Shown: positions 30,686 through 41,703, counted from the stretch's first letter. The stretch is DNA of 64,000 bases from an uncultured Nitrospiraceae bacterium (GCA_963811165.1 CAWEQH010000010.1:128001-192000), one strand, 5' to 3'. Program-made: numbers and translations. The notes: a model not told the origin generated them from the sequence alone.

Positions 30686-33600
30686 ATTCCTTTCCTCCTG
30701 CAAATTGATCAAGCGCCCGAAGCAGTCGCTCGATTTCCTTTTCAAGGGAAGCCAGACCTTCCTTCGCTCCGGCAAGGTCTCCTTTCTTGCCCATCATCTC
30801 AAGGGCCATGGCACGCTCCCGGACCACAGGGGCGCCGAAGTTCCCGACCGCGCCTTTCAATCCGTGAGCCGCGCGGCTGAGCGCAACCGGGCTCCCCTCG
30901 CCGACAGCGAAACGGATCTCCGAGACCAGGACCGGGCACTCCTGGGCAAAAATCTTCACCACCTCCCCAAGTAGCACTCTGTCTCCGTCCACGGAGGCGA
31001 GGGCGGTTTCCATATCGAAGACGTGCATTTCAACTGCTTCGGGCCCTGGTGCGGCACTTTCTGCGTGTGCCGGGAGTCCCGGAATAAGCCCTTCGATGAC
31101 GGAGAATAGCTCAGCGGCCTTGAGGGGTTTGGAGACATAGCCGTCCATGCCAGCGTTCAGGCACATCTCTCTGTCCCCTTTCATGGCGTGTGCAGTAAGA
31201 GCGATGATCGGGACGTGTCCTCCCGCAGCCTTTTCTTTTTCGCGAATGACCGCGGTCGCCTCGATCCCGTCCATCTCCGGCATTTGTATATCCATGAGGA
31301 TGAGATCAAAGGGTTTGTCGTTTTCAACCGCGGAGGCCGCTTTTTTTCCATCTTCTGCGACAACCACCGCATGACCGCGTTTTTCAAGCATAGACACGGC
31401 TATTTTGCGGTTTACCGCGTTGTCTTCGGCAAGGAGCACCCTCAAACAGCCCGGGCCCTCCCGCAGAGTGTGACGGGTAACGAGGCGCGTTTGGTCTTCC
31501 TCTTGACATGAGCCCAGCACAGTCATGATCGCATCCAGGAGAGACGATTGTTTGATCGGCTTGGTCAGATAGGCCGCCACGCCCAGCTCCCGGCAGCGCA
31601 CAGCGTCGCCTCTTTGGCCGGAGGAGGTGAGCATCATGATCGTCGTCTTTCCTGGCTCGTTGTTTTGACGTATCCTCTCCACGAGTTCGAAGCCGTCCAT
31701 AACGGGCATATTGACATCGAGGAGAAGGAGGCGGAACGCTTCCCCTCTCCGCGCTGCCTCCTCAATCATCATAAGCGCCGACTGGCCGCTGTCTGCGATA
31801 CAAGGTTTCATGCGCCAATTTCTGAGCACATCTTCAAGAATGCGCCTGTTCGTTGCGTTATCGTCCACTACGAGCACTGCCAGGTCCTGGAGATTCGCAC
31901 GCTCTTCAGGTATCCGCTTCTGGAGGGGAACCTTCTGGAGTCCGAACCGAATGGTGAAGTGGAAGGCGCTTCCCTTGTCGGCTTCGCTTTTCACCCATAT
32001 GCGGCCCCCCATCATTTCGACCAGCCGGGAAGATATGGTGAGCCCGAGGCCGGTGCCGCCATACCTGCGAGAGGTGGAGGCGTCAGCCTGGGCAAAGGCG
32101 TCAAAGATGCGTCTCTGTTTCTCAGGCGAGATGCCGATTCCCGTGTCGGCGACTGTAAAGCGAAGCACAACATTGTCTTCAGTCTTCTCCTCCAAACTTA
32201 CGGACACTACCACCTCACCCTTTTCGGTAAATTTTATGGCATTTCCCACAAGGTTGATGATGATCTGTCTTAGCCTGCCCGGGTCTCCAATCACCGCGTC
32301 AGGGATCTGCGGCGGAACATGATAAGCGAGCTCAAGACCCTTTTCCGAGGCCCGCAGCGCAAGGGTGTTCAATATATCGCCTATGCCGTCACGGAGGTTG
32401 AAGCCGGTGTTGTCAATCTCGAGTTTCCGGGCCTCGATCTTCGAGAAATCGAGGATATCGTTTATTACGGACATCAATGATTCCGCGGACATATTTACAG
32501 CCTTCACATACTCCATCTGTTCCTTCGTAAGATCGGTATCCATGAGCAGATCTGTCATGCCGATGACGCCGTTCATGGGTGTCCTGATTTCATGACTCAT
32601 GTTGGCGAGAAACTCACTCTTGAGCCGGTTGGCCTCCTCCGACTCCTCCTTTGCGATACGCAGTTCCTCCTCTGCTCTTTTGCGTTCAGTGATATCTTGG
32701 GCCACGTAAACTATCCCTTCAATAAGATTATTGTCGGCCCGCATAACTGAGGCTGAAAGCAATACAGGTATTTTTTTGCCGTCTTTTGCTAAGTATATCT
32801 TTTCAATGTTGCTGACGAAGCCCTTTTCGAGCGCTGTATTTATAAAACTCTCCCCCTGCGGTTCTTCCCTGAGAATGCTTTTAAATGGCTGCCCGACAAG
32901 TTCTTCTTCTTTATACCCTAAAAGTGCAGAGGCGGCAGTATTCGCTCTCATGATCTTATTATCCGGAGAGGCAACTATCAGAGTGTCGGTCATGCTTTTA
33001 ATGATGTTATCCACATAATCTTTTGAAACGGTAGTCTTGTCCAATTCCTCGGCCATCTGATTAAAACTGTAGAGCATCATTTGCACCTCCCCTGCAGCAT
33101 TAATCTCAACCCTGGTTGAGAGATCCCCTTTAGCAAGACGGGTAGAAGCATGGGCAAGCTCCCTAATCGGGTCCAGTATCAGTTTTTTTGACGCACCAAA
33201 CAAACCGGAGCCAAGTGCGAACGCGACAACCAGATTGAGGACAACGACAAATAGTATGGACATTAAAATTTGATGGCGCACCCTATGTTTTGACATGCCG
33301 ATGGTAACTTTGCCGATAACATCGGCGTCTACTATGACCGGAACGGAAATCTCCTCAACGGCCTCCCTGTTTTTGATGGCTGATAGGATATCCTGCAAGT
33401 CTGCCTCTTTTGAAATCTCTGACAGAATGACTTTCAGTCTCTGAGATTGATAATTGATACTGGCATATTGGGAAGTGACGAGGTTTCCCTTAACGTCCCG
33501 GATAACGGTATACATAATGTCTTCATCTCTATTCGCTTCGTTTACAATGGAATCCAACTGCATGCCGTCCTTCATGATCAGAGGGTCCTGGCCAAGCTTG

Positions 33601-33770
33601 GCGATGTAGGATGCGAGTCCTTGCCCCTTGGTTATTAGGGAATGCTTTAGAATATTTCTTTCGTTTATTGCAATGATGGTGCTTAATATAAAGGTGCCGG
33701 CAATGAGAATGACGGCGATGATGCCCAAGAACCTGAACCTTATGCTTTGTCGCGATTTAGAGATACACAT
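30660..33770 (-). CDS. membrane hybrid histidine kinase (HAMP-PAS-HisKA-HATPase-REC-REC-Hpt)
   Basis: Two TMs, MSHEIRTPMN, GNAIKFT, DTGIG, GGTGLGL, two receivers, AHGLKG Hpt. Confidence 0.95.
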   Translation of the reverse strand: MCISKSRQSIRFRFLGIIAVILIAGTFILSTIIAINERNILKHSLITKGQGLASYIAKLGQDPLIMKDGMQLDSIVNEANRDEDIMYTVIRDVKGNLVTSQYASINYQSQRLKVILSEISKEADLQDILSAIKNREAVEEISVPVIVDADVIGKVTIGMSKHRVRHQILMSILFVVVLNLVVAFALGSGLFGASKKLILDPIRELAHASTRLAKGDLSTRVEINAAGEVQMMLYSFNQMAEELDKTTVSKDYVDNIIKSMTDTLIVASPDNKIMRANTAASALLGYKEEELVGQPFKSILREEPQGESFINTALEKGFVSNIEKIYLAKDGKKIPVLLSASVMRADNNLIEGIVYVAQDITERKRAEEELRIAKEESEEANRLKSEFLANMSHEIRTPMNGVIGMTDLLMDTDLTKEQMEYVKAVNMSAESLMSVINDILDFSKIEARKLEIDNTGFNLRDGIGDILNTLALRASEKGLELAYHVPPQIPDAVIGDPGRLRQIIINLVGNAIKFTEKGEVVVSVSLEEKTEDNVVLRFTVADTGIGISPEKQRRIFDAFAQADASTSRRYGGTGLGLTISSRLVEMMGGRIWVKSEADKGSAFHFTIRFGLQKVPLQKRIPEERANLQDLAVLVVDDNATNRRILEDVLRNWRMKPCIADSGQSALMMIEEAARRGEAFRLLLLDVNMPVMDGFELVERIRQNNEPGKTTIMMLTSSGQRGDAVRCRELGVAAYLTKPIKQSSLLDAIMTVLGSCQEEDQTRLVTRHTLREGPGCLRVLLAEDNAVNRKIAVSMLEKRGHAVVVAEDGKKAASAVENDKPFDLILMDIQMPEMDGIEATAVIREKEKAAGGHVPIIALTAHAMKGDREMCLNAGMDGYVSKPLKAAELFSVIEGLIPGLPAHAESAAPGPEAVEMHVFDMETALASVDGDRVLLGEVVKIFAQECPVLVSEIRFAVGEGSPVALSRAAHGLKGAVGNFGAPVVRERAMALEMMGKKGDLAGAKEGLASLEKEIERLLRALDQFAGGKEYENTDRGG

Positions 33771-33820
33771 TTCGGCTCTATCCTCCTCCCCTTATTAACA
33801 CTGGGCCTTTCGCTGCACAA

Positions 33821-34840
33821 TTACTCGATGACCCTTGTTACCGATTTCATAAAAGACCGCGGAATCTGAAACTGTCCTGCCTTGGCCGTCTTCATGTTAA
33901 TGATCAAATCCATTTTTTTTAGCGGCTCTATCGGAATAGACGACGGCTTTACACCCTTCAATATCTCTACTGCTTTTTCCCCTGCCAGACGGCCTACCGC
34001 ATAGGCGTCTACCGTAATTCCTAAGAGGGCGCCCCGTTCCACGTGGTCTTCTGATTGAGATGCGGTAATCACCTTGGCTTTTGTCGCTATGTCAACTATT
34101 GTAGGGAGACTTTCTCCTACCACACTGCTTCCAGTCAAACAGATAGCTTCTACCGAACGTACGACTTGGGTTAAAACAGATGCCACCGCTTCCTTATTGC
34201 TTAACGGAACCCGAACAATCTTGATGTTGAAATTCCTTTGTTCCGCTTCAAACTCTTTGACCTGAATTTCAGAGTTCCTCTCGCCCATGGTGTACAGGAC
34301 CGCCACCCGCTTTACCCCAGCAAGCTCGTTTACTGCTCTTAATAGTTTTGACGCGGAAGTTTTGGAACTGGCGCCCGTAGTGTTGTTACCGGAGCTCTTC
34401 CAGCCCTCGGCAATTTTTGACTCCACAGGGTCCCAAACCATGACAAAGACAATCGGGATGTTCTTAATCTCGTTAGCAGCGGCTACTGCCGCAGAAGTAC
34501 CGACAGGTATAACTATATCCATTTTTTCAGCGACAAATTTGCGCGCTAACTCTGCAGCCTTTGCCTTGTTGCCACCTGCATTTTCTATCCTGAACTTTAC
34601 CATGGGCTCTCCAAAACCATTTTGTTTTAGCTGATTAATGACCCCGTTTTTATTCTCCATGTAGCGAGGTTGCTCATTAAATAAAAGAAAACCGATCTTT
34701 TTTGGGGCTATGGCCTCTGCAGAATGCAGCGTAAGAGTCGAAAAAGCCAAGAAGATGACACACAATTTTATAACTATCCACATATGTTTATTCTTTTTCT
34801 GTTCTCTCGATTCCAAAGTTGCATGGTTTATTCTTTTCAT
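33821..34840 (-). CDS. ABC-type substrate-binding protein (ABC_sub_bind / Trp-Tyr-type), no cognate permease nearby
   Basis: IPIVFVMVWDPV, NNTTG, ILKGVKPSSIPIE, INMKTAK; RBS GAGGAGG; start uncertain. Confidence 0.88.
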   Translation of the reverse strand: MKRINHATLESREQKKNKHMWIVIKLCVIFLAFSTLTLHSAEAIAPKKIGFLLFNEQPRYMENKNGVINQLKQNGFGEPMVKFRIENAGGNKAKAAELARKFVAEKMDIVIPVGTSAAVAAANEIKNIPIVFVMVWDPVESKIAEGWKSSGNNTTGASSKTSASKLLRAVNELAGVKRVAVLYTMGERNSEIQVKEFEAEQRNFNIKIVRVPLSNKEAVASVLTQVVRSVEAICLTGSSVVGESLPTIVDIATKAKVITASQSEDHVERGALLGITVDAYAVGRLAGEKAVEILKGVKPSSIPIEPLKKMDLIINMKTAKAGQFQIPRSFMKSVTRVIE

Positions 34841-35110
34841 TTCATATGCCTCCTCAGTTCCCGAATGTTGAGGTAAATAAGTGCGGGGTCGCTCCGGTCC
34901 TCCAGAGATTTTTCGTCTTTCTACCTCCATCGGTGTACCAGTTGGTGTCAACGTATCCGCCATTGTTCAGCCGTGACTCCGACATTATCGGAAAAATGCC
35001 GCCTGAAAGATGGTTCCCCATGCATCCCCCCCCGAATAAAGTATCGTCCTTTAAAAAAAAAATGCAGAAGTGAGGAAAAAGCAACCGGGCAGGATGGTAA
35101 AAGAAGTAAC

Positions 35111-38100
35111 TCAGGAAGCTAAGCATATACCCTTTTTGGGCAACTTTTCGATATCGCCTGTCTTGTCCTCATTCAGCGCGCTCCTTACCTTTTTCAAAAG
35201 ATTTACCGGTGAAATGGGCTTGTAGACCACCGGCTCGTTACTTTCGAGCAGTGCCTTCTGCTGGATTATGTCCGGAGCATATCCACTCAAAAAGATAACT
35301 CTCATGTCAGATTTAATTCTCTTAATCTCGTCATAGGCCTCTTTTCCGGTCTTTTTCGGCATAACGATATCGAACAGGAGAAGCTGTATCCTGTCCTCGT
35401 TCTCTATGTATTTCTTCACTGCGTCTTCGCCGTCAACCGCAACGATGACCTTGTATCCGAACTCCTGAAGTACCGAGACCGTTAGCTCTCTCAACGATTC
35501 GTCATCCTCGGCAAGCAGTATGGTCTCCGTGCCTATTTCTGGATAGTCAACCTTCTCTGCCTTTTTCTCTTCCATAATTTCCGACGCAACAAGAGGCAGG
35601 TATATCCTCAATGACGTACCCTTGCCAGGTTCGCTGTACACATTGATATAGCCCTCATGCTGTTTGATAATGCCGTAGACAACCGCCATCCCGAGCCCAG
35701 TGCCTTTTCCCACTTCTTTTGTCGTGAAGAAGGGCTCAAATATTCTCCGGCGTGCATGTTCATCCATGCCTATGCCCGTGTCTGCCATTGTTATCATCGC
35801 ATACATGCCAGGGTTACCGTATCCATGGATTGAGACGAACTCCTTATCGAGCATAATCTGTTCCGTGGCAATGGTAAGCATACCCCCCTTCGGCATGGCA
35901 TCCCGTGCGTTCGCCGCAAGGTTCATAAGTACCTGCTCAAGCTGATGCATATCGGCGAGGACCGGTATGGGCCCATCATGTAATATCGTTTTAAATGCGA
36001 TATCCTCTCCGATGACTCTGGCCAGGAACTTTTCCACGGTCCTGATGATTCCGTTGAAGTCCACAGGACTTCTGTAGCTGACCTGTTTCCTACTGAAAAG
36101 GAGGAGATCCTTCGTAAGATGCGCCGCCCTGTCGGCCGCCGCAAGCATCTGCTCGATGTTGTATTTGAGGGGATCGTCCTTTACCATTTTCATGAGGGTA
36201 ACATGGCCATAACCGATTATCGCGGAAAGGATATTGTTGAAGTCATGAGCTATGCCACCGGCCAGCTGACCTACTGCCTCCATCTTCTGGGAGTGACGGA
36301 GTTGGACTTCAAGCTTCCGGTGTTCGGTGACATCAGTTCCGATACTGGCTACCCCTGCAACTTTTCCATCGGAATTCCGCAGCATGGAATTGTTCCAAAC
36401 AATAATCTTTAGCGTCCCTTCACGCGTTATTATTGGATTTTCATAGTGTAAGGGTATAGTGCCATCTGATATACCTGAAGAATACATTGAATAGACTGTT
36501 TTCCTTACATCTTTAGGAAGAAACAATTCAAACCAGTTTCTATTTAGCACTTCATCTCTTGTCCAGCCGGTAAGATGAAGGAAAAAGTCATTGCAAAAAG
36601 TAATGTTTCCGTCAAAATCAAGCATTATTGCAACGAGCTTAATCGTTTCAAGGAGATCCCTGAACTTCTTTTCGGAAGAACGAAAGGCTTCTTCCGAGCG
36701 CTTGAGTTCGGTGATGTCCATATACGTTCCGAGTACTCCGCTAATCTCCCCCGTTGATGTTCGCAGGGGCAGCTTGCTCGTAAGAAGCGTAATGGTGGCC
36801 CCTTCGGGGGTCGTCTGGGGTTCTTCCATGAGGAACTTGGATACGCCGCTCTCGATTACCTGGCGGTCATCGCTGCGATACAATTCCGCTTGATCACGCC
36901 ATCCCATCTGGAAATCGTCTCTCCCGATGATGTCCTTCGGATCGGCGAATCCCGCGTCGCGAGCGAATACCGCATTGCATCCTAAGTAAACGAGATTTTT
37001 GTCCTTCCAAAATACCCTCACAGGTATTGCGTTGATAATCCCTTCGAGGATTTGTCGTGATGCACGCAGCTCCTCCACCATTATCTTGCGCTCGCTGACA
37101 TCGCGGGCTACGCTGAGAATCGCCGGTTTGCCTTCGTATTCGATAGCGCGCGCGCCGATCTCGGTTGGAATAATCCTGCCATCTCGCGTTATCCAAGCTG
37201 TCTCAAAGATCGCGCTTCCGTTCCGCTTTACCTCGGCGAGCTGTTCACTTATCTTTGCCGCATATTCAGGAGTGTCGAAAGCGCGCGGAGTCATTTTCAA
37301 AAGTTCGTCCCGCCTATATCCCAACCGTTGGTAGGTGATACTGTTGGCTTCCAGAATGCGACCTTGAGGATCTACAACCATGATGGCATCGTTCACTGCG
37401 TCGAGCAGTGCCTTTAATTTTTTCTCGGAGGCCTCAATCACTCCTTCTGCCTTCTTGCGCTCGGTGATGTCGAGGACAATTCCCGACATTGCGGCGGGAT
37501 TGCCATTGTCATCGAGGATCACCTTTCCCTGCAACTGCACGAAGCGTTCTGAACAGTCAGGTAAGACGATGCGATGGTCGATATTGAAGGGTTCTCCCTC
37601 AGAGAGGGTCCTGGCAACGCGAAGATTCACATACTCCCTATCGTCCGGATGGACTGAATTGAAAAAGGCTTCAAGGGTCATCCCAAACTCCACTTGCTGG
37701 ACCCCGAAGATACGGGCGACCTCGGCAGACCCTCGAAAATCGTCCTTCTTGATGTCCCAGCACCAGTTCCCGAGGTGGGCAACCCGCTGTGCGTCGGCAA
37801 GACTTGCCTCGCTCCTGCGCAAGGCGTCTTCGGCCTCTTTTCTTGTCGTCACGTCCCTCACCACACAGACAAGCCCACCTCCTTCAATGGCTGTCAGCGA
37901 TAGTTCCTGATCGAAATGGGATCCATCGCACCTTTTGCCTATTGCTTCTCCGCGCCATCTGCCGTTTCTGAAGACTGTCGGCATGATCCCCTGCTCGAAT
38001 CTCTTCAGTTCCCGGTCATCGTAAAGAATTTTCCAACTCCTGCCGATAAGCCCTAGCTGGGAGCTGTATCCGTAGACTTCAGCGTGCGCCTTGTTTACGT

Positions 38101-38215
38101 AGATATACTCCCCCTCCGCGTTAAGGATCGCAATCCCATCCATCGAAGCCTCTATCGCCGCCACATGACTTACCGGAGGAGCGGATTTTTTTTCCGTTTC
38201 ATTGATCTCTTTCAT
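35111..38215 (-). CDS. cytoplasmic multi-PAS hybrid histidine kinase
   Basis: About five PAS/PAC repeats, GGIAHDFNN, NARDAM, FFTTK..GTGLG, C-terminal receiver. Confidence 0.95.
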   Translation of the reverse strand: MKEINETEKKSAPPVSHVAAIEASMDGIAILNAEGEYIYVNKAHAEVYGYSSQLGLIGRSWKILYDDRELKRFEQGIMPTVFRNGRWRGEAIGKRCDGSHFDQELSLTAIEGGGLVCVVRDVTTRKEAEDALRRSEASLADAQRVAHLGNWCWDIKKDDFRGSAEVARIFGVQQVEFGMTLEAFFNSVHPDDREYVNLRVARTLSEGEPFNIDHRIVLPDCSERFVQLQGKVILDDNGNPAAMSGIVLDITERKKAEGVIEASEKKLKALLDAVNDAIMVVDPQGRILEANSITYQRLGYRRDELLKMTPRAFDTPEYAAKISEQLAEVKRNGSAIFETAWITRDGRIIPTEIGARAIEYEGKPAILSVARDVSERKIMVEELRASRQILEGIINAIPVRVFWKDKNLVYLGCNAVFARDAGFADPKDIIGRDDFQMGWRDQAELYRSDDRQVIESGVSKFLMEEPQTTPEGATITLLTSKLPLRTSTGEISGVLGTYMDITELKRSEEAFRSSEKKFRDLLETIKLVAIMLDFDGNITFCNDFFLHLTGWTRDEVLNRNWFELFLPKDVRKTVYSMYSSGISDGTIPLHYENPIITREGTLKIIVWNNSMLRNSDGKVAGVASIGTDVTEHRKLEVQLRHSQKMEAVGQLAGGIAHDFNNILSAIIGYGHVTLMKMVKDDPLKYNIEQMLAAADRAAHLTKDLLLFSRKQVSYRSPVDFNGIIRTVEKFLARVIGEDIAFKTILHDGPIPVLADMHQLEQVLMNLAANARDAMPKGGMLTIATEQIMLDKEFVSIHGYGNPGMYAMITMADTGIGMDEHARRRIFEPFFTTKEVGKGTGLGMAVVYGIIKQHEGYINVYSEPGKGTSLRIYLPLVASEIMEEKKAEKVDYPEIGTETILLAEDDESLRELTVSVLQEFGYKVIVAVDGEDAVKKYIENEDRIQLLLFDIVMPKKTGKEAYDEIKRIKSDMRVIFLSGYAPDIIQQKALLESNEPVVYKPISPVNLLKKVRSALNEDKTGDIEKLPKKGICLAS

Positions 38216-38358
38216 GTAAAGCCTCTTTAACCCTTTTTAAGAGGTTATTGTTTACCGGAGTGTCCTGAATGTTGTGGGATGAGGAGCCACTATTATTCCT
38301 CATCTTTCTCAATAAAGAAAAAACTCACCCGCGAGAACACTCAGGTCCTACTACCTTC

Positions 38359-38387
38359 TTATCGACACTCACGAACCGTTTCTTTAG
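38359..38387 (-). promoter_or_regulatory. possible sigma-28 (FliA)-type promoter
   Basis: Minus strand CTAAA-N16-GTCGATAA about 145 nt upstream of the kinase gene. Confidence 0.45.
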
Positions 38388-38685
38388 CTGGCTGATAAGA
38401 ACTTCCGGCAAACAGTACAGCACGTGCATAAAAAAACAGCTATCTCGTGAAGTGAGAGGCAGATAGTGTCGCGCTTTTGAAGGCAATCCACTATTCAATT
38501 GAACGCCAAAGGCTATTGACGAAATTCGAGGATAAGTTGAGGGAAATCAGAAGACTCGAAAGGGAGCGCAAAAGCATTCTCTCCATGTAGTAACAGTCCC
38601 ATACGGCACGTTTTCCATGCCGCACGTTTATATTACTTGAGTTGGGGAGCTTCAAGATGTGTTTGAATTCTGATACAATTGCCTT

Positions 38686-40206
38686 ATGGATCCCGACCGC
38701 ATTAAAATCGTAGACGATTGCGAATTGCATCTTCCGGGTCCGTTCTGTCTTATCCTTTTCGGCGCCTCCGGAGACCTTTCAAAAAGGAAGATCATCCCTT
38801 CTCTTTACCGGCTAAGTAAGGACGAATTGCTTCCCGAAAGTTTTTTTATTTTGGGCGCGGCGCGGACTGAGATGGACCGGTCCTCTTTTCGTGCAATGAT
38901 GAAGGACGCGGTTAAGGAGGCGTTTCCGGAGGAGTTCGAAACAGGGGCCTGGCATACATTTGAAGGAAAACTGTATTTCAAGAGAGTGGAATACGATAAC
39001 GTCGATGATTATCGATCGGTAAAAGAGTCGATGGTCTCCATCGAGAAGGAACACGAAACCTTGGGCAACCGCATTTTTTATCTTGCCGTTCCGCCCGGGG
39101 TATACGAGACCGTGATAGAGAACCTTGGGAAAACCGGGCTTTCCGGGGAAGAACGGGGTTATACAAGGATAATCATCGAAAAGCCGATAGGCAATGATCT
39201 CCCATCTGCAAGAAAGCTGAACACGGTGCTGCGAAGTTCTTTCTCCGAAAGACAGGTATACCGGATGGACCACTATCTTGCCAAGGAGACCGTTCAGAAT
39301 ATTCTTATGCTCAGGTTCGCCAACGCCGTTTTCGAGCCCCTCTGGAACAGAAGGTACATAGACCATGTACAAATAACTGTCGCCGAGGCACTTGGAGTAG
39401 AACACAGGGCCGGCTATTACGACCGGGCGGGTGTGATAAGGGACATGTTCCAGAACCACCTGTTTCAGCTTCTGGCCCTGACGGCGATGGAACCCCCGTC
39501 GGCGTTCGAGGCCGAGCGTGTGAGGGACGAAAGGATGAAGGTGTTCAGCTCCGTCAGACCTTTCCCTGAGGAAGGGCTGAAAGATTTTGTCGTACTCGGC
39601 CAGTACGGAGAAGGCGAGATCGATGGAAAAGGGGTCGCCGGGTACAGAAGCGAGCCGGGGATACCGGCGGATTCGGTCACCCCTACGTACGCAGCGCTAA
39701 AGGTCCATATCGACAACTGGAGATGGGACGGCGTGCCCTTTTATCTTCGTTCCGGAAAGAGACTTGCGGAACGAAAGGCGGAGATATCCGTACATTTCAA
39801 GTCGGTGCCGCATCTCATGTTCGCCAGGACCCTTCAAGAGCGGATAGAGCCCAATACGATCGTGATAAGGGTCCAGCCCGACGAAGGGATCAACCTCATT
39901 TTTCAGACGAAAACACAGGGCACGAGGGTCTGCCTGAGCACCTCGACAATGGACTTTGTCTACCGAAAGATGTTTTCTGTGAGCGATTATGAGAGGATAT
40001 TGCTTGACTGTATGGAGGGAGATCAGATGCTCTTTGTGAGAGGGGACGGCGTGGAAAAGACATGGGAAATACTTTCGCCTCTTCTTACATGGCTGGACTT
40101 GGGTGCGGGTGTGATGGAGTTCCCGAATTATGCGGCAGGGACATCGGGTCCTGCCGAGGCGGATGCGCTTATAGCGAAGGATGACCGCGCATGGAGGGCC
40201 CTCTGA
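38686..40206 (+). CDS. zwf: glucose-6-phosphate 1-dehydrogenase
   Basis: FGASGDL, EKP, RMDHYLAKE, RDMFQNH, WDGVPFYLRSGK. Confidence 0.97.
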   Translation: MDPDRIKIVDDCELHLPGPFCLILFGASGDLSKRKIIPSLYRLSKDELLPESFFILGAARTEMDRSSFRAMMKDAVKEAFPEEFETGAWHTFEGKLYFKRVEYDNVDDYRSVKESMVSIEKEHETLGNRIFYLAVPPGVYETVIENLGKTGLSGEERGYTRIIIEKPIGNDLPSARKLNTVLRSSFSERQVYRMDHYLAKETVQNILMLRFANAVFEPLWNRRYIDHVQITVAEALGVEHRAGYYDRAGVIRDMFQNHLFQLLALTAMEPPSAFEAERVRDERMKVFSSVRPFPEEGLKDFVVLGQYGEGEIDGKGVAGYRSEPGIPADSVTPTYAALKVHIDNWRWDGVPFYLRSGKRLAERKAEISVHFKSVPHLMFARTLQERIEPNTIVIRVQPDEGINLIFQTKTQGTRVCLSTSTMDFVYRKMFSVSDYERILLDCMEGDQMLFVRGDGVEKTWEILSPLLTWLDLGAGVMEFPNYAAGTSGPAEADALIAKDDRAWRAL

Positions 40207-40240
40207 GCACAATGAAGCATGCTGCGGGGCATTGAAGTCA

Positions 40241-41032
40241 GTGCCGGGGGATGAACTCATTATCAGGACAGCTTTTTTTTGGGGCGGGTTCGTGTTATTT
40301 TTATCACTCGAACTCCTGATGCCGTATAGATCTAATACGGTCTCAAAATTGAGGCGTGTCGCCATCAATCTTGCGATTGCGTTATTAAACGGCGTCATCG
40401 TGACTCTGCTTTTCGGGGCATTGACGATGAAGGCAGTTTTATATGCAAACGAGGCACGTTTCGGGTTAGTCAACATGGTCGCCCTCCCTTATTGGGGAAG
40501 GCTGTTTGCCACTGTAGTAGTCATGGATTTTGTCCTCTATATCTGGCACCTGCTTAACCATGAGATGCCCTTGTTGTGGCGTTTTCACCAAGTCCACCAC
40601 AGCGATCTCAATATGGATGTATCTACCGCGTCACGTTTTCATATAGGTGAGATCATGATGTCGTCAGCGGTCAAAATTGCTCTCATCTATTTCCTTGGTG
40701 CGGAGATCACCGGGGTCATCGTCTTTGAGTGTCTTTTGGTTTTTGCGGCCCAGTTTCAACACAGCAGCGTGAAGGTGCCGGCAGGGTTTGAGCGCATCTT
40801 CTGGTTTCTTTTTGTCCCCCCTTCGATGCACCGCATCCACCATTCGGTCGTTATCGGGGAGCGAAATACTAATTACGGGACTATCTTTTCGCTTTGGGAC
40901 AGAATATTCGGCACACTTCTCAAAGGAGTCGATCAGAAGAAGATTGTGATCGGTCTCGGTGCGTATCGCGATCCTAAAGAGCTTTTTATCAATCATTTGC
41001 TATTGATGCCGCTTGGGAGGCCTGCCAGATGA
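40241..41032 (+). CDS. sterol desaturase / fatty acid hydroxylase family membrane protein
   Basis: His boxes WHLLNH, HQVHH, QH, HRIHH; NYG...WDRIFGT; start uncertain. Confidence 0.9.
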   Translation: MPGDELIIRTAFFWGGFVLFLSLELLMPYRSNTVSKLRRVAINLAIALLNGVIVTLLFGALTMKAVLYANEARFGLVNMVALPYWGRLFATVVVMDFVLYIWHLLNHEMPLLWRFHQVHHSDLNMDVSTASRFHIGEIMMSSAVKIALIYFLGAEITGVIVFECLLVFAAQFQHSSVKVPAGFERIFWFLFVPPSMHRIHHSVVIGERNTNYGTIFSLWDRIFGTLLKGVDQKKIVIGLGAYRDPKELFINHLLLMPLGRPAR

Positions 41033-41703
41033 TATCGGTTATCGTCCCGACCCTAAACGAGGCCGGGAATATTCGGGGATGCATCGAAAGCGTAAAGGCC
41101 GAGGATATAGATCTTGAGATAATCGTCTGCGACGGCGGCAGCTCAGACGCGACTGTTCAAATTGTGAGAGAGTACGATGATGCGATATTGATAGGGTCGG
41201 CGAAGGGTCGGGGTTTGCAGATGAACAGAGGCGCTGCGGTTGCAGGTGCAGGGGTGCTTCTGTTTCTCCATGCAGATACAAAACTTGAGAGAGGGTGGTC
41301 GCGAGAACTGCTTTCTGTGCTTGCTGATGAATCGGTCGCCGGCGGTGCATTTACTTTTAAGATAGACAACCCGGCCGTTCAATACAGGCTCATTGAGTTT
41401 TGGGTAACACTCAGGTGCTCTCTCGGCAGCCTTCCTTACGGCGACCAGGGCATATTTGTCCGCAGGGACGTCTTCGATAAGATCGGCGGATACCGGGACA
41501 TACCGCTCATGGAGGATGTGGAAATCATCGGCAGGCTGAAAAAGGAAGGGCGTCTGGTGCTTCTGGAAAAATGTGCCGTTACCGACGCCCGAAGGTGGAC
41601 CGAGAAGGGCTGGATACGGACGTCCGTCTCGAACCAGATGGTGATGCTTATGTATAAGCTGGGCATAGACCCGCATACTCTGGCAAGGTTCTACTATCGG
41701 TGA
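41029..41703 (+). CDS. GT2 glycosyltransferase, TIGR04283-type
   Basis: ISVIVPTLNE, DGGS, QMNRGA, LFLHADT, PYGDQG, PLMEDV. Confidence 0.88.
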   Translation: MISVIVPTLNEAGNIRGCIESVKAEDIDLEIIVCDGGSSDATVQIVREYDDAILIGSAKGRGLQMNRGAAVAGAGVLLFLHADTKLERGWSRELLSVLADESVAGGAFTFKIDNPAVQYRLIEFWVTLRCSLGSLPYGDQGIFVRRDVFDKIGGYRDIPLMEDVEIIGRLKKEGRLVLLEKCAVTDARRWTEKGWIRTSVSNQMVMLMYKLGIDPHTLARFYYR

